The notes under the pieces: model-generated
The model's database searches: none
Seen by the model: only the letters and a program-made list of their open reading frames with translations
Told to the model about the DNA's origin: nothing
Part shown: one piece after another, positions 20,463-29,412 of the stretch
How the letters are laid out: each line of letters begins with the position of its first letter
Numbering within the stretch: position 1 is the first letter of the stretch
Program-made: the position numbers and the translations under genes
DNA from: an uncultured Christensenellaceae bacterium
Lineage (GTDB): Bacteria > Bacillota > Clostridia > Christensenellales > Borkfalkiaceae
Length of the DNA: 64,000 bases
Direction: 5' to 3'
Assembly: GCA_910589015.1 (NCBI GenBank)
Contig: CAJUSA010000002.1
Location: 120,928-184,927, forward strand

Positions 20463-21725
20463 ATGAGCCTTACTCTTGAAAAATACACGCCGAACGGAAC
20501 CTTGCAGACGGTGAGCGTGCCTGCATCGAAAAGTCTTTTGAACCGCGCGCTCGTGCTTGCCGCCTTTTCGGGCAAAAAAATATCGTTGCTCTGCGGCGAT
20601 TTCAGCGAAGATACGCGCGCCATGCTCGCGTGCTTGCGCGCGCTCGGCGTACCGTGCACCCCGTTTGCCGACGGCGTAGTCGTCGATGGAAGTTTCGCGC
20701 CCGCCAAACAAGCCGAACTCGATGTGAATAACGCCGGCACGGCGGCGCGATTCCTCACCGTTGCGCTTGCCTTTTACGGCGGCGAATACCGCCTGCATTC
20801 CTCGGCGCAAATGGCGCGCCGCCCCATGGATATCCTGCGGCTTTTAGAAGAACACGGCGTTCGGTTCGAATGGCTCGACAAAGAATACGCATTTCCCTTT
20901 ATTCTGCGTTCCGACGGCATGGAAGGCGCGGAAGAATTTATTGTAAACACCGATATCAGCACGCAATACGCCAGCGGTTTGTTGCTCGCGGCGCCGATCC
21001 GAACTTTGCCACTTTCGGTGAGCCTGACGGGCGGACGAACAAACGGAACGTATATCGACATGAGCTTGAAACTTTTACGCGATTTCGGAGGACGCTGCGA
21101 ACGCAAAGGCGATACCGTTACCGTATTCCCCGCGCTCGATCCGCCGTCGCGGTATGAAATCGAGGCAGACGTTTCGGGGGCCTGTTACTTTTTCGCGCTT
21201 GCGTTGCTCTTTTCCTGCAAGATTCTCGTCAAAGGGATAAGAGCCGACAGCATGCAAAGCGACGTGCAGTTCCTCAGGCTGCTCGAAAGTAAGGGCGTGC
21301 AATTCACGCAGATGCAAACGGGATTGCTTGCCGACGCCTCGTCGGTAAAAAGTTTTACGGGATTTGACGCGGATATGAAGGATTTTTCCGACCAAACGCT
21401 CACCGCTGCCGCCCTCGCCCCCTTTGCAACCACGCCTTCCCTGTTGCGCGGCATAAGCCATATCCGCAAACAGGAATGCGACCGTGTCCATGCAATCGTA
21501 TCAAATTTGAACGCGCTCGGCGTACCTGCCGAAACCGACGGCGAAAAAATCAAAATATATCCTGCACCCGTGCGCGGCGGCACGGCGGAATGTTTTAACG
21601 ATCACCGCGTTGCCATGAGTTTTGCCCTGATTGCTCTGAAAACGGGTAAGGTGACGCTCGACGACCCTACCTGCTGTAAAAAAACGTTTGAAAACTATTT
21701 TGAAATTCTACAATCTCTTCAGTAA
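20463..21725 (+). CDS. aroA: 3-phosphoshikimate 1-carboxyvinyltransferase (EPSP synthase)
   Basis: MSLTLEKYTPNGTLQTVSVPASKSLLNRALVLAA fits the EPSP synthase N-terminus, so the ATG at 20463 is preferred over the ORF-track start at 20418. Confidence 0.9.
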   Translation: MSLTLEKYTPNGTLQTVSVPASKSLLNRALVLAAFSGKKISLLCGDFSEDTRAMLACLRALGVPCTPFADGVVVDGSFAPAKQAELDVNNAGTAARFLTVALAFYGGEYRLHSSAQMARRPMDILRLLEEHGVRFEWLDKEYAFPFILRSDGMEGAEEFIVNTDISTQYASGLLLAAPIRTLPLSVSLTGGRTNGTYIDMSLKLLRDFGGRCERKGDTVTVFPALDPPSRYEIEADVSGACYFFALALLFSCKILVKGIRADSMQSDVQFLRLLESKGVQFTQMQTGLLADASSVKSFTGFDADMKDFSDQTLTAAALAPFATTPSLLRGISHIRKQECDRVHAIVSNLNALGVPAETDGEKIKIYPAPVRGGTAECFNDHRVAMSFALIALKTGKVTLDDPTCCKKTFENYFEILQSLQ

Positions 21726-21728
21726 AGT

Positions 21729-21756
21729 AAAACGCGGCTTTCCGCCGCGTTTTTTA
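21729..21756. terminator. Bidirectional terminator between aroA and the DtxR-like gene
   Basis: Stem ACGCGGC / GCCGCGT with loop TTTCC, followed by a T-run. Confidence 0.65.
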
Positions 21757-22122
21757 TTTTCTGTCGTTGAAATATTTTTTGACGATCTCAAATAAATCGT
21801 CGGAAATCACATGTTCCACGCGGCAGGCGTTTTCCTCGGCGAGCGCTCTGTCCGCACCGAATTTCACAAACATTTCGGTAAAAACGCGGTGCTTTTCATA
21901 CGTTTCTTCTGCTTTCCTGCGCCCTTCGGCAGTCAAAAAGATGTCGCCGTTGTCGTCGATTTCAATATAACCTTTGCTTTTGAGCAAATTGACGGCGCGC
22001 GAAACGCTCGACTTGGCGTAATCGAGCTGCCCGACAATGTCCACCGAACGAACTGCGCCGCGCTGCTTGGAAAGCAAAAGAATGGTTTCCAGATACATTT
22101 CTTCCGATTCGTGCGTTCTCAC
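21754..22122 (-). CDS. DtxR/MntR-family metal-dependent transcriptional regulator
   Basis: EMYLETILLL...VRSVDIVGQLDYAKSSVSRAVNLLKSKGYI matches the DtxR wHTH and dimerisation region. GTG start with a GGGAGG SD. Confidence 0.85.
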   Translation of the reverse strand: MRTHESEEMYLETILLLSKQRGAVRSVDIVGQLDYAKSSVSRAVNLLKSKGYIEIDDNGDIFLTAEGRRKAEETYEKHRVFTEMFVKFGADRALAEENACRVEHVISDDLFEIVKKYFNDRK

Positions 22123-22206
22123 AATTTCCTCCCTTGTGCACCTTAAAAAATTTCACAGAAAAATTTTTCCGAAAATTACGACAAAATCGCAATCTTATTA
22201 TATAAT

Positions 22207-22419
22207 ATGTATATGAAAGTATTTTCCGAAAGGCTGACAGAATTGAGAAAGGATCGCGGTCTGTCGCAGGCAACGGTCGCAAAAGCGCTCGGCGTATCGC
22301 TCGGGATCGTCTGTTACTGGGAAACCAACAAGAGCGACCCCACCGCAACCAACGTCGCAAAAATCGCGCGTTATTTCCGCGTTTCCGCCGATTATCTGCT
22401 CGGACTGGATGAATCATGA
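22207..22419 (+). CDS. XRE-family helix-turn-helix transcriptional regulator
   Basis: LRKDRGLSQATVAKALGVSLGIVCYWETNKSDP is an XRE HTH. The true start may be the second ATG at 22213, which would make the transcript leaderless from the TATAAT at 22201-22206. Confidence 0.8.
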   Translation: MYMKVFSERLTELRKDRGLSQATVAKALGVSLGIVCYWETNKSDPTATNVAKIARYFRVSADYLLGLDES

Positions 22420-22460
22420 CCGATTTGCCGCGCCGCTTAACCGCGGCGTTTTTTTATGCC

Positions 22461-23513
22461 TTAAATAACATGCGGTATGCGTTCGATCAGGCGAAAGCCC
22501 AAATCGCGCAAGCCTTTCCATGTTTCCCGTTCGGCGCGTTCGCACGCCGCGCCGATTTCGGTATGTCCGCACGCCGCGGCGGCAACCGCATAGGATAGAC
22601 TGCCCTTAGCGCCCTTCGCCTTCTGAAAATACGTTTCGGCTTTCTCGTCGTCGGAAAGCAGAACGGAATAAGCGTATGCAAGATCGCAGGCAAGATCGGG
22701 ATTTTCGGTATATTCGAAAATATCGTCGAGCCGGCGCAACTGCGCGATGGCTCCCTTTTCGTCGTTCTTGCTAAATAAATACTGCCAACGCAATTGCGTC
22801 AATGCAGAAAAAAGCGGATCGTCCTCGCGAATTACGGGCACGCCGAACAACCATTCGCGTTTTACGGCGGCAAATGTTCCCGTAACCAGCGCAGACTGCG
22901 CTTTGAGCACGCCGAGCATGACCTCGGCAAACGGTTGTTTTTTGACTAATCCGACGAACAAAGCGCCGTCGGTTGCGCCACTTTGCCGTTGTATCGGAAA
23001 CAGTGCGGCAAGTCCTTCATACAAATTGATCGGGGCAAGCAATGCAAAAAAGAGCGTAGCGGGCGAAGGCAAACAAAACCAAAGCGGCAACGTAATAGCG
23101 ACATAAAGAAAATTGAAGGCCATGCCGCCGATCGCGGCAGCAATCATTTTTTCGCGCAGATTTTTCCGGTTGCGCGCGAGCAACGCACTCATGCCGCTCA
23201 CGTCGTTATTAAGAGAAAGGCGGACTCCCCCGCGGTAGATCGTGAAATATCCGATCTGCACGCACACGGGGCGCAGTCCTGCGATGAGTCCGAAAAACGT
23301 GTGACCCAACTCGTGCACAATGAGATTGAGCGGCAACAATACGGCAACCGCTACTGCCGCACCGACCGCGATCCACACCGGAACGGTGATCGGATCAAGC
23401 GGGCCGCCCTCGCGCACGCCAAACGCCAGTAACAGCGCCGTACCCGCAACGGCGCACAGAGCAAGCACAATACTGTAAACGGCGTAAAAAACTCTCTTCT
23501 GCCTTCCGCTCAT
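22461..23513 (-). CDS. Membrane zinc metallopeptidase (M50/site-2-protease-like) with a helical-repeat C-terminal domain
   Basis: HELGH motif (NLIVHELGHTFFG) inside a TM region, with several TM helices. The start overlaps the ppx stop by 4 nt. Confidence 0.6.
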   Translation of the reverse strand: MSGRQKRVFYAVYSIVLALCAVAGTALLLAFGVREGGPLDPITVPVWIAVGAAVAVAVLLPLNLIVHELGHTFFGLIAGLRPVCVQIGYFTIYRGGVRLSLNNDVSGMSALLARNRKNLREKMIAAAIGGMAFNFLYVAITLPLWFCLPSPATLFFALLAPINLYEGLAALFPIQRQSGATDGALFVGLVKKQPFAEVMLGVLKAQSALVTGTFAAVKREWLFGVPVIREDDPLFSALTQLRWQYLFSKNDEKGAIAQLRRLDDIFEYTENPDLACDLAYAYSVLLSDDEKAETYFQKAKGAKGSLSYAVAAAACGHTEIGAACERAERETWKGLRDLGFRLIERIPHVI

Positions 23514-24373
23514 TTCTTTTCGACCCCGATAATTTTCATTCGCAAATACCCTTCGAGGTTGTCCGCATCGGAAAAAACAACGGCGTCCAACCCCAACTTT
23601 TCCATAATTTTTGCAAGCAGATATGTCCCGCCTGCGATAATATCGGCACGTTTTTCTTCCATGCCGTTGATTTTTTTGCGTTCTTCCGCCGTCATATCCA
23701 GCATGTCCGACGCAATTTTGTGAACGTAGCCGACAGTCAGGCGCGTCCCGCTCATTTCAGAAGAATACTGTGCGCCCCGCTCGATGCAAGCAAGCGTGGA
23801 CGCCGTTCCTCCGATCGCATACACCGTGCCGTTCGGCACGCATCCGTCGAGCGCAAACAACGCCTCGTCGATTTTTTCATCGAGCAAATTTATCTGATCG
23901 CGGCAACTATCGTAAAGTCGAACAGCGCCGACGTTCAGGCTGACCGAAAAATTCGTTTCACCCGCACTGCGGAACAGTACTTCCGTGCTCGCGCCGCCGA
24001 TATCGATGATCCCGCCGTCGCTCCCCGCCAATGCGCCCGCAGCGCCGAGTGCGGCTTCGAGCATGCCCGAAACGACGTCTACCCGCAAACCGCAAGTTTC
24101 TTCGATCGTGCGGCACAGCGCCCCGCCGTTCGATGCCGTGCGCACTGCCGCTGTGGCAAACGCAAAAACTTCCGCCTCCGCCGCGCGCCCTTCCGCGCAA
24201 AACGAACACACCGCGCGGACGGTTGCCGCCATCGCCTCGTCGCTAAGACGGTTTGTCCTTTGCAGACTTGCGCCCAGACGCGTCGTTTCCAACCGCTTAT
24301 ATAAAGTTTTTCCGTCCGCCCACAACATGAGACGAACGGAATTTGATCCGATATCGATGATCGCGTAAGACAT
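23510..24373 (-). CDS. ppx: Ppx/GppA-family phosphatase
   Basis: MSYAIIDIGSNSVRLML is the canonical Ppx/GppA N-terminus. The ATG at 24373 lies inside motif copy 3, and I see no SD. Confidence 0.85.
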   Translation of the reverse strand: MSYAIIDIGSNSVRLMLWADGKTLYKRLETTRLGASLQRTNRLSDEAMAATVRAVCSFCAEGRAAEAEVFAFATAAVRTASNGGALCRTIEETCGLRVDVVSGMLEAALGAAGALAGSDGGIIDIGGASTEVLFRSAGETNFSVSLNVGAVRLYDSCRDQINLLDEKIDEALFALDGCVPNGTVYAIGGTASTLACIERGAQYSSEMSGTRLTVGYVHKIASDMLDMTAEERKKINGMEEKRADIIAGGTYLLAKIMEKLGLDAVVFSDADNLEGYLRMKIIGVEKK

Positions 24374-24380
24374 AGTACTA
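24361..24380 (-). repeat. Copy 3 of the recurrent motif (spans the divIC stop and the ppx start)
   Basis: Sense strand AAAATAGTACTATGTCTTACGCG. The TAG is the divIC/ftsB stop and the ATG is the ppx start. Confidence 0.55.
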
Positions 24381-24656
24381 TTTTTTAGAAGTCCAACCCT
24401 GCTGGATCGCAAGATGATATTTTCCGAGTTCGGAAGAGTAATAATCCAGATTTTTCTTATCTTCCTCTAAAATCCGGTTATATTCCTCGATCTCCCTATC
24501 GAGCCGCCGGCGTTCGGCGTTGGCGACGCCCATTTTTGCGAATTGAATGGTGAGAATGATGACGAGAAACAAGAGCAGCATCGTCCCCGCTGCCGCGAGT
24601 GCGACGGTGAGTCTTTTTCTGCGTTCCTGCAATTTTTCGGCGTTCTGCTCTTGCAT
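24378..24656 (-). CDS. divIC: Septum formation initiator (FtsB/DivIC family)
   Basis: Short basic N-terminus, one TM helix and a coiled coil (RRRLDREIEEYNRILEEDKKNL). Synteny yabP-yabQ-divIC. SD AAAGGAAG. Confidence 0.7.
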   Translation of the reverse strand: MQEQNAEKLQERRKRLTVALAAAGTMLLLFLVIILTIQFAKMGVANAERRRLDREIEEYNRILEEDKKNLDYYSSELGKYHLAIQQGWTSKK

Positions 24657-24984
24657 ACAACTTCCTTTTTACGACTTGACTGATACCATTATATACCCTT
24701 TCGGCAAAAAAAGCAACGATTTTATGGAAACTTTTCAAATATAATAACAAACCGACAAGGCACCCCGCAAACGTATAGAATCTGAGCGAGGGCAGCTCGA
24801 AAAGAACGCTCGAGAAAATATATACGAATGCAAAGACGACGCAAAAGAGCGCGTCGGATAAAATCCGCGCCCACAGGCTTTTGAAAGGCAGGCGCAGACA
24901 ATAGAAAAAGTCGTACGCTATGCCGCTGCAAGCGCCTAAACAAACGCAAATCAAAAAATAATAAATCTGACTGCCCGCGCTCAT
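24496..24984 (-). CDS. yabQ: Spore cortex biosynthesis protein YabQ
   Basis: Three TM helices (IYYFLICVCLGACSGIAYDFFY...). It lies immediately after yabP with a 4-nt overlap. The basic tail runs 161 nt into divIC. Confidence 0.7.
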   Translation of the reverse strand: MSAGSQIYYFLICVCLGACSGIAYDFFYCLRLPFKSLWARILSDALFCVVFAFVYIFSSVLFELPSLRFYTFAGCLVGLLLYLKSFHKIVAFFAERVYNGISQVVKRKLYARAERRKIAGTQKKTHRRTRGSGDDAALVSRHHSHHSIRKNGRRQRRTPAAR

Positions 24985-25235
24985 TTCAAAAGCCTTTGCA
25001 GTCCCTTCCCTTTCGCGAACGAAAACTTCACGCCGTTCACTTGTCCCGTCGCCGCGAAATTGCCGCTGCCCTTTGCAAATGCCAGCACTTTAAGATGCGT
25101 GCCCGTGATCTGCACGCGCTTCCCGTTCACGGTAAGATTGATATTTGTTTCGGAAAACGAATCGACGCTTTCCACGCCCGTAAAGGTGATTTTTTCCTGC
25201 TGTTCGATCGTAAGAATGCTCGGAAGATTACCCAT
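24981..25235 (-). CDS. yabP: Sporulation protein YabP
   Basis: 84 aa. ITFTGVESVDSFSETNINLTVNGKRVQITGTHLKV is typical of YabP. Confidence 0.85.
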   Translation of the reverse strand: MGNLPSILTIEQQEKITFTGVESVDSFSETNINLTVNGKRVQITGTHLKVLAFAKGSGNFAATGQVNGVKFSFAKGKGLQRLLK

Positions 25236-25270
25236 GCTTTATGGTATGCCTCAGGATTCTTCCGTATACC

Positions 25271-25304
25271 AAAAACCGCCCAAAAGAATTACGGGCGGTT
25301 TTTT
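25271..25304 (-). terminator. typA intrinsic terminator
   Basis: Minus-sense ACCGCCC...GGGCGGT followed by UUUUUGG. Confidence 0.7.
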
Positions 25305-25320
25305 CTCGGTTTTTATGCAA

Positions 25321-25342
25321 TTATGCGTAACATAATACTATT
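25321..25342 (-). repeat. Copy 4 of the recurrent motif
   Basis: Plus strand TTATGCGTAACATAATACTATT. It lies between the typA stop and the typA terminator. Confidence 0.55.
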
Positions 25343-25346
25343 CATA

Positions 25347-27173
25347 TCATGAATTTTTGGCTTTTGCGCGCGCTTTAGCACGCAATTCGCCGTTGAGGAT
25401 GCGTTTTCTGACGCGAACGTTTTGCGGCGTAATTTCGAGCAATTCGTCGTCGCCGATAAATTCGAGCGCCTCTTCGAGCGACATTTTCTTCGGCGTGATA
25501 AGGCGCAACGCGTCGTCCGACGAAGAAGAACGGGTATTCGTCAGATGTTTGGTCTTGCAGACGTTCACGTTGATATCCTCGTCTTTGGGCGAAAATCCGA
25601 CGACCATTCCTTCGTATACGGGCGTGCCCGCGCCGATAAAGAGCGTACCTCTCCCCTGCGCGTTAAACAATCCGTAAGTCACCGCCTCGCCCGTTTCGAA
25701 CGCAACAAGCGAACCTGTCTGACGGCGATTGATTTCCCCTTTATACGGCTGATACTCAAAGAACACCGAGCTCATGACCCCTTCGCCCTTTGTATCGGTC
25801 AAAAACTCGCTCTTATAGCCAAACAGTCCGCGCGAGGGAACCAAAAATTCAAGACGCATGCGCGATCCCATCGCGCCCATATGCACCAGCTCGCCCTTAC
25901 GCTCGCCCATGCTTTGGAAGACAGGTCCCGTATTGTCGTCGGGCACGTCGACAATCAGGCGATCGACGGGTTCCCACAACTGCCCGTCAAATTCCTTAAA
26001 GAGAACTTTGGGCGAACAAACCTGAAATTCATACCCTTCGCGCCGCATGGTTTCGATCAGTATCGAAAGATGCATTTCCCCTCTGCCGCTCACGCGGTAA
26101 GAATCGGCGGAATCGGTATCCTCGACCCTGAGCGAAACGTCGCGCAGGAGTTCGCGGTAAAGCCTGTCGCGCAGGTGGCGCGTCGTAACAAATTTTCCTT
26201 CTTTTCCAGCAAAGGGGGAATCGTTCACAGAAAAGATCATTTCGACGGTCGGTTCGGAAATTTTGACGAACGGAACGGGTTCGACGCATTCCGTCGCGCA
26301 AACCGTATCGCCGATATTGATGCCTTCCAGTCCCGAAAAACAAACGATATCACCCGCGCGCGCTTGCTCGCACGCCACGCGTTCCAACCCCTCGATTTCG
26401 TAGAGATTGACGATTTTTCCGCGTTTGTTCACCTCTTTATGATTGTAGTTGCAGACGGTGACGTCGGCGTTCTGTTTCGCTACACCGCGCTCGACTCTGC
26501 CGATGCCGATCCGCCCGACGTACTCGTTATAGTCGATCGAGGATACAAGGATCTGCAATGCGCCCTCGTCGTTCGTTTCAGGCGCGGGAAAATGCGTTAA
26601 AATGGTGTCGAACAGCGGATCGAGATTTTCGCCCTTCGTCCCCTCTTCCAAAGACGCCGTGCCATCTCTTCCCGAGCAGAACAGGAACGGACTTTCGAGC
26701 TGATCGTCCGAGGCGTTCAGATCCATCAACAGTTCCAAAACCTCGTCGATAACCTCGTGAATACGCGCGTCGGGGCGGTCGATCTTATTGACGACGATGA
26801 TGAGCCGCAAGCCCATTTCAAGCGCTTTCTGCGTAACGAAACGCGTCTGCGGCATCGGCCCTTCCGCCGCGTCGACAAGAATGAGCACACCCGAAACCAT
26901 TTTCAGGGAACGTTCCACTTCCCCCGAAAAATCGGCGTGCCCCGGCGTATCGACGATATTGATCTTGACGCCGTTATAGCGCACCGAAGTATTTTTTGCA
27001 AGAATGGTGATGCCGCGCTCACGTTCGAGATCGCCGCTATCCATCACGCGTTCTTCCACGACCTGATTTTCGCGGAACGTGCCGCCCTGTTTCAGCATCT
27101 GATCGACCAGCGTTGTCTTGCCGTGATCGACGTGCGCAATAATCGCAATGTTTCTGATATCTTCTCTGATCAT
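25347..27173 (-). CDS. typA: Translational GTPase TypA/BipA
   Basis: G1 motif [13 protein letters not shown] and G3 motif DTPGHADF. 608 aa. Confidence 0.95.
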   Translation of the reverse strand: MIREDIRNIAIIAHVDHGKTTLVDQMLKQGGTFRENQVVEERVMDSGDLERERGITILAKNTSVRYNGVKINIVDTPGHADFSGEVERSLKMVSGVLILVDAAEGPMPQTRFVTQKALEMGLRLIIVVNKIDRPDARIHEVIDEVLELLMDLNASDDQLESPFLFCSGRDGTASLEEGTKGENLDPLFDTILTHFPAPETNDEGALQILVSSIDYNEYVGRIGIGRVERGVAKQNADVTVCNYNHKEVNKRGKIVNLYEIEGLERVACEQARAGDIVCFSGLEGINIGDTVCATECVEPVPFVKISEPTVEMIFSVNDSPFAGKEGKFVTTRHLRDRLYRELLRDVSLRVEDTDSADSYRVSGRGEMHLSILIETMRREGYEFQVCSPKVLFKEFDGQLWEPVDRLIVDVPDDNTGPVFQSMGERKGELVHMGAMGSRMRLEFLVPSRGLFGYKSEFLTDTKGEGVMSSVFFEYQPYKGEINRRQTGSLVAFETGEAVTYGLFNAQGRGTLFIGAGTPVYEGMVVGFSPKDEDINVNVCKTKHLTNTRSSSSDDALRLITPKKMSLEEALEFIGDDELLEITPQNVRVRKRILNGELRAKARAKAKNS

Positions 27174-27265
27174 AAGTACCTCTTCTTAGTCCAACGCATA
27201 TTTTAATACTTTTCGGAAAATTTCACAACAAAAAACAGCGGTATACGGAAAATTTTTCGAAAATG

Positions 27266-28027
27266 TTAACCGCTCACGAACATTGAAATCAAAAACAGGA
27301 TCCCCATGTGCAACGGATAAAAAAGATAGAATACATATTTCAGATTGTATTTGCCCCGCTTCTCATTATAAAAGAACAGAATAATCAGCGAAAAGAGCGA
27401 ATAATACGCCTGCGGCATGATCCGGACGAGATTCATACATAACAGAACCAGCCCGACCGCAAAGAGCGCAAAGCGCAGATAGAATTCGTATTTACACCCC
27501 CCCCCATTCCTTTTTTCCGTTCCCTTCGCATCGCACAGCGCGGCGAATACGGGCAACATACACCCCCAGAACCCGTAATCGAGGAAAAACTGCATTTTTC
27601 CGAACGAAGTGATTGTATTCAGCATATAAGTGAACACGACGAGCAACAGGAAAATCGCGCCGTTCACAACGCACAGCACAATCCCCTCACCGCAAAATAT
27701 AATCTTCTTGAAATTCTGCAAGGCATATATTATCAGAATCGAAATCGTAAACGTTGTAAAGATACTCAAATAGATATAGCCATATACAAAATAATAAACG
27801 GCGGAATAGAACACGCCGAGCGCGGCGACCAGAATAAAATGACGGAACTTATCGCGCGTATATCGGCACCCCTCGGCAACAAGAAAGGCAAAAATCGGCA
27901 TAGAAAGCCGCCCGATCGCGCGGAAAACCGCAATATTAGGAAAAAGCAGCAATCCCATGTGATCGATCAACATGGTGATTGCCGCAATGATTTTTAAGAT
28001 ATTACCGTTCAGAAATCGGAATTTCAT
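27266..28027 (-). CDS. TraX-family membrane protein
   Basis: LKIIAAITMLIDHMGLLLFP is the TraX signature and the protein is multi-TM. The coding sequence contains a G9 homopolymer. Confidence 0.8.
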   Translation of the reverse strand: MKFRFLNGNILKIIAAITMLIDHMGLLLFPNIAVFRAIGRLSMPIFAFLVAEGCRYTRDKFRHFILVAALGVFYSAVYYFVYGYIYLSIFTTFTISILIIYALQNFKKIIFCGEGIVLCVVNGAIFLLLVVFTYMLNTITSFGKMQFFLDYGFWGCMLPVFAALCDAKGTEKRNGGGCKYEFYLRFALFAVGLVLLCMNLVRIMPQAYYSLFSLIILFFYNEKRGKYNLKYVFYLFYPLHMGILFLISMFVSG

Positions 28028-28041
28028 TCGTAAATCCGCTC

Positions 28042-28530
28042 TTACAGCTTGTTATTGCGATAGGTACAGAAGGTAAGAAGGTGCCCGTTGTCCTCGACAG
28101 GTTCGCTCTTCGCAACAAGCTCGAAATCAGGATCGGCGTCGAGGTCGGGAACGAACGTATCCGCCCCGCCGTCCGCGTCGACCTTGGTCACGAGTACTTC
28201 GCTGCAATAGGGAATGAGCGTGCGATAAACGGTCGCCCCGCCGATCACAAACACGTCGTCAGGGGCATATTTTTTCAATTCCTCAAATAATTCGTCAAGA
28301 TTGTGCACATGAACGAAATTCCCCGAAATCTCATCGGGACAGAGCACGATATTCGTGCGGTTTTTGAGCGGTTGCCCGTTCGGGAAGGAACACAGCGTAT
28401 TCCACCCCATCACGACGACCTTGCCGAGCGTCGTCTCACGGAAAAATTTCATATCTTTGGGAATGGAAAACATCAGATCGTTGTTTCTTCCGATCCCCCA
28501 ATTTTTGTCGGCATGAAAAATCGCTTTCAT
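28042..28530 (-). CDS. folA: Dihydrofolate reductase
   Basis: NWGIGRNNDLMFSIPKDMKFFRETT, and the VIGGATVY motif. 162 aa, downstream of thyA. Confidence 0.9.
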   Translation of the reverse strand: MKAIFHADKNWGIGRNNDLMFSIPKDMKFFRETTLGKVVVMGWNTLCSFPNGQPLKNRTNIVLCPDEISGNFVHVHNLDELFEELKKYAPDDVFVIGGATVYRTLIPYCSEVLVTKVDADGGADTFVPDLDADPDFELVAKSEPVEDNGHLLTFCTYRNNKL

Positions 28531-28538
28531 CTGATCAC

Positions 28539-29381
28539 CTATATTGCCACGGGAATTTTCGCCGCGAGCGGACTGTATTCATAATTTTCGAGTGCAAAGC
28601 TGTCGACCGTGAACTCGTAGAAATTCTTCACCGACGGATCGACGACGAGTTTCGGCGCAGGCTTTATGGGATTGCCCAAAATCTCTTTTACAATGGGCAG
28701 ATGCCTGTCGTAGAGGTGGGCGTCGGCGATCACATGCACCAGCTCGCCCGCCTTCAACCCGCTCACCTGCGCAAACATGACGAGCAACACGGCGTACTGC
28801 GCGACGTTCCAATTATTCGCCGTAAGCATATCATTGGAACGCTGGTTGAGAATGCCGTTGAGCGTATCGCCCGAAACGTTAAAGGTCATGGAATAGGCGC
28901 AGGGATAAAGGTTCATTTCGTGCAGATCGCGAAAGTTATACAAATTCGTCATGATCCTGCGCGACGCAGGATTGTGTTTCAGATCGTATAATACGCGGTC
29001 TACCTGATCGAATTCACCCTCTTTATAAACCGACTTCTGCGCAAGCTGATATCCATACGCCTTGCCGATCGAACCGCTCTCGTCTGCCCAGCTATCCCAG
29101 ATGTGCGAATTGAGATCGCGCACGTTGTTGCTCTTTTTCTGCCAGATCCACAACAGCTCGTCCACGCAGGAACGGAACGCCGTGCGGCGGATCGTAAGAA
29201 TGGGAAATTCTTCTTGCAGGTTATAACGGTTTACAATCCCGAATTTTTTCACGGTGTGCGCAGGCGCCCCGTCTTCCCAACGCGGGCGAACGGGCAAATC
29301 CGTATCCCACACGCCGTTTTCCATAATATCTTTGCAGTTTGCAATAAAAAGTTCGTCGGCCTTGCTCATATTATTCCTCAA
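28539..29381 (-). CDS. thyA: Thymidylate synthase
   Basis: 280 aa with a catalytic-Cys region (LYPCAYSMTF) and DAHLYDRH. The SD is GAGGAA. Confidence 0.93.
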   Translation of the reverse strand: MRNNMSKADELFIANCKDIMENGVWDTDLPVRPRWEDGAPAHTVKKFGIVNRYNLQEEFPILTIRRTAFRSCVDELLWIWQKKSNNVRDLNSHIWDSWADESGSIGKAYGYQLAQKSVYKEGEFDQVDRVLYDLKHNPASRRIMTNLYNFRDLHEMNLYPCAYSMTFNVSGDTLNGILNQRSNDMLTANNWNVAQYAVLLVMFAQVSGLKAGELVHVIADAHLYDRHLPIVKEILGNPIKPAPKLVVDPSVKNFYEFTVDSFALENYEYSPLAAKIPVAI

Positions 29382-29391
29382 TAAAGTGCAT

Positions 29392-29412
29392 TTATGTGTG
29401 ACATAGTACTAT
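29392..29412 (-). repeat. Copy 5 of the recurrent motif
   Basis: Plus strand TTATGTGTGACATAGTACTAT. The gltX stop codon TAG lies inside it, and it sits 23 nt upstream of the thyA ATG. Confidence 0.6.

Noticed and set aside
22162-22176. CodY-box-like words: ATTTTTCCGAAAATT here, ACTTTTCGGAAAATT at 27208-27222 and AATTTTTCGAAAATG at 27251-27265.
   Set aside because: Each matches AATTTTCWGAAAATT at only 12-13 of 15 positions, with C/G at the central W. They sit in AT-rich promoter DNA where such words arise easily, and the downstream genes are not typical CodY targets. A genome-wide PWM test would be needed.
25321-25342. Reading the recurrent motif as a sigma-54 (-24/-12) promoter, a sporulation-sigma promoter or a sigma-A promoter (the CATAAT portion as a -10 box).
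   Set aside because: The -24 GG is absent and the spacing is off by one. No consistent -35 box lies 17 nt upstream of CATAAT. Several copies lie downstream of stop codons or after a T-box terminator, where a promoter makes little sense.
27215-27235. Rex-like half-site TTGTGAA at the typA -35 box.
   Set aside because: The right half-site matches poorly (4-5 of 7) or has the wrong spacing, and typA is not a plausible Rex target.
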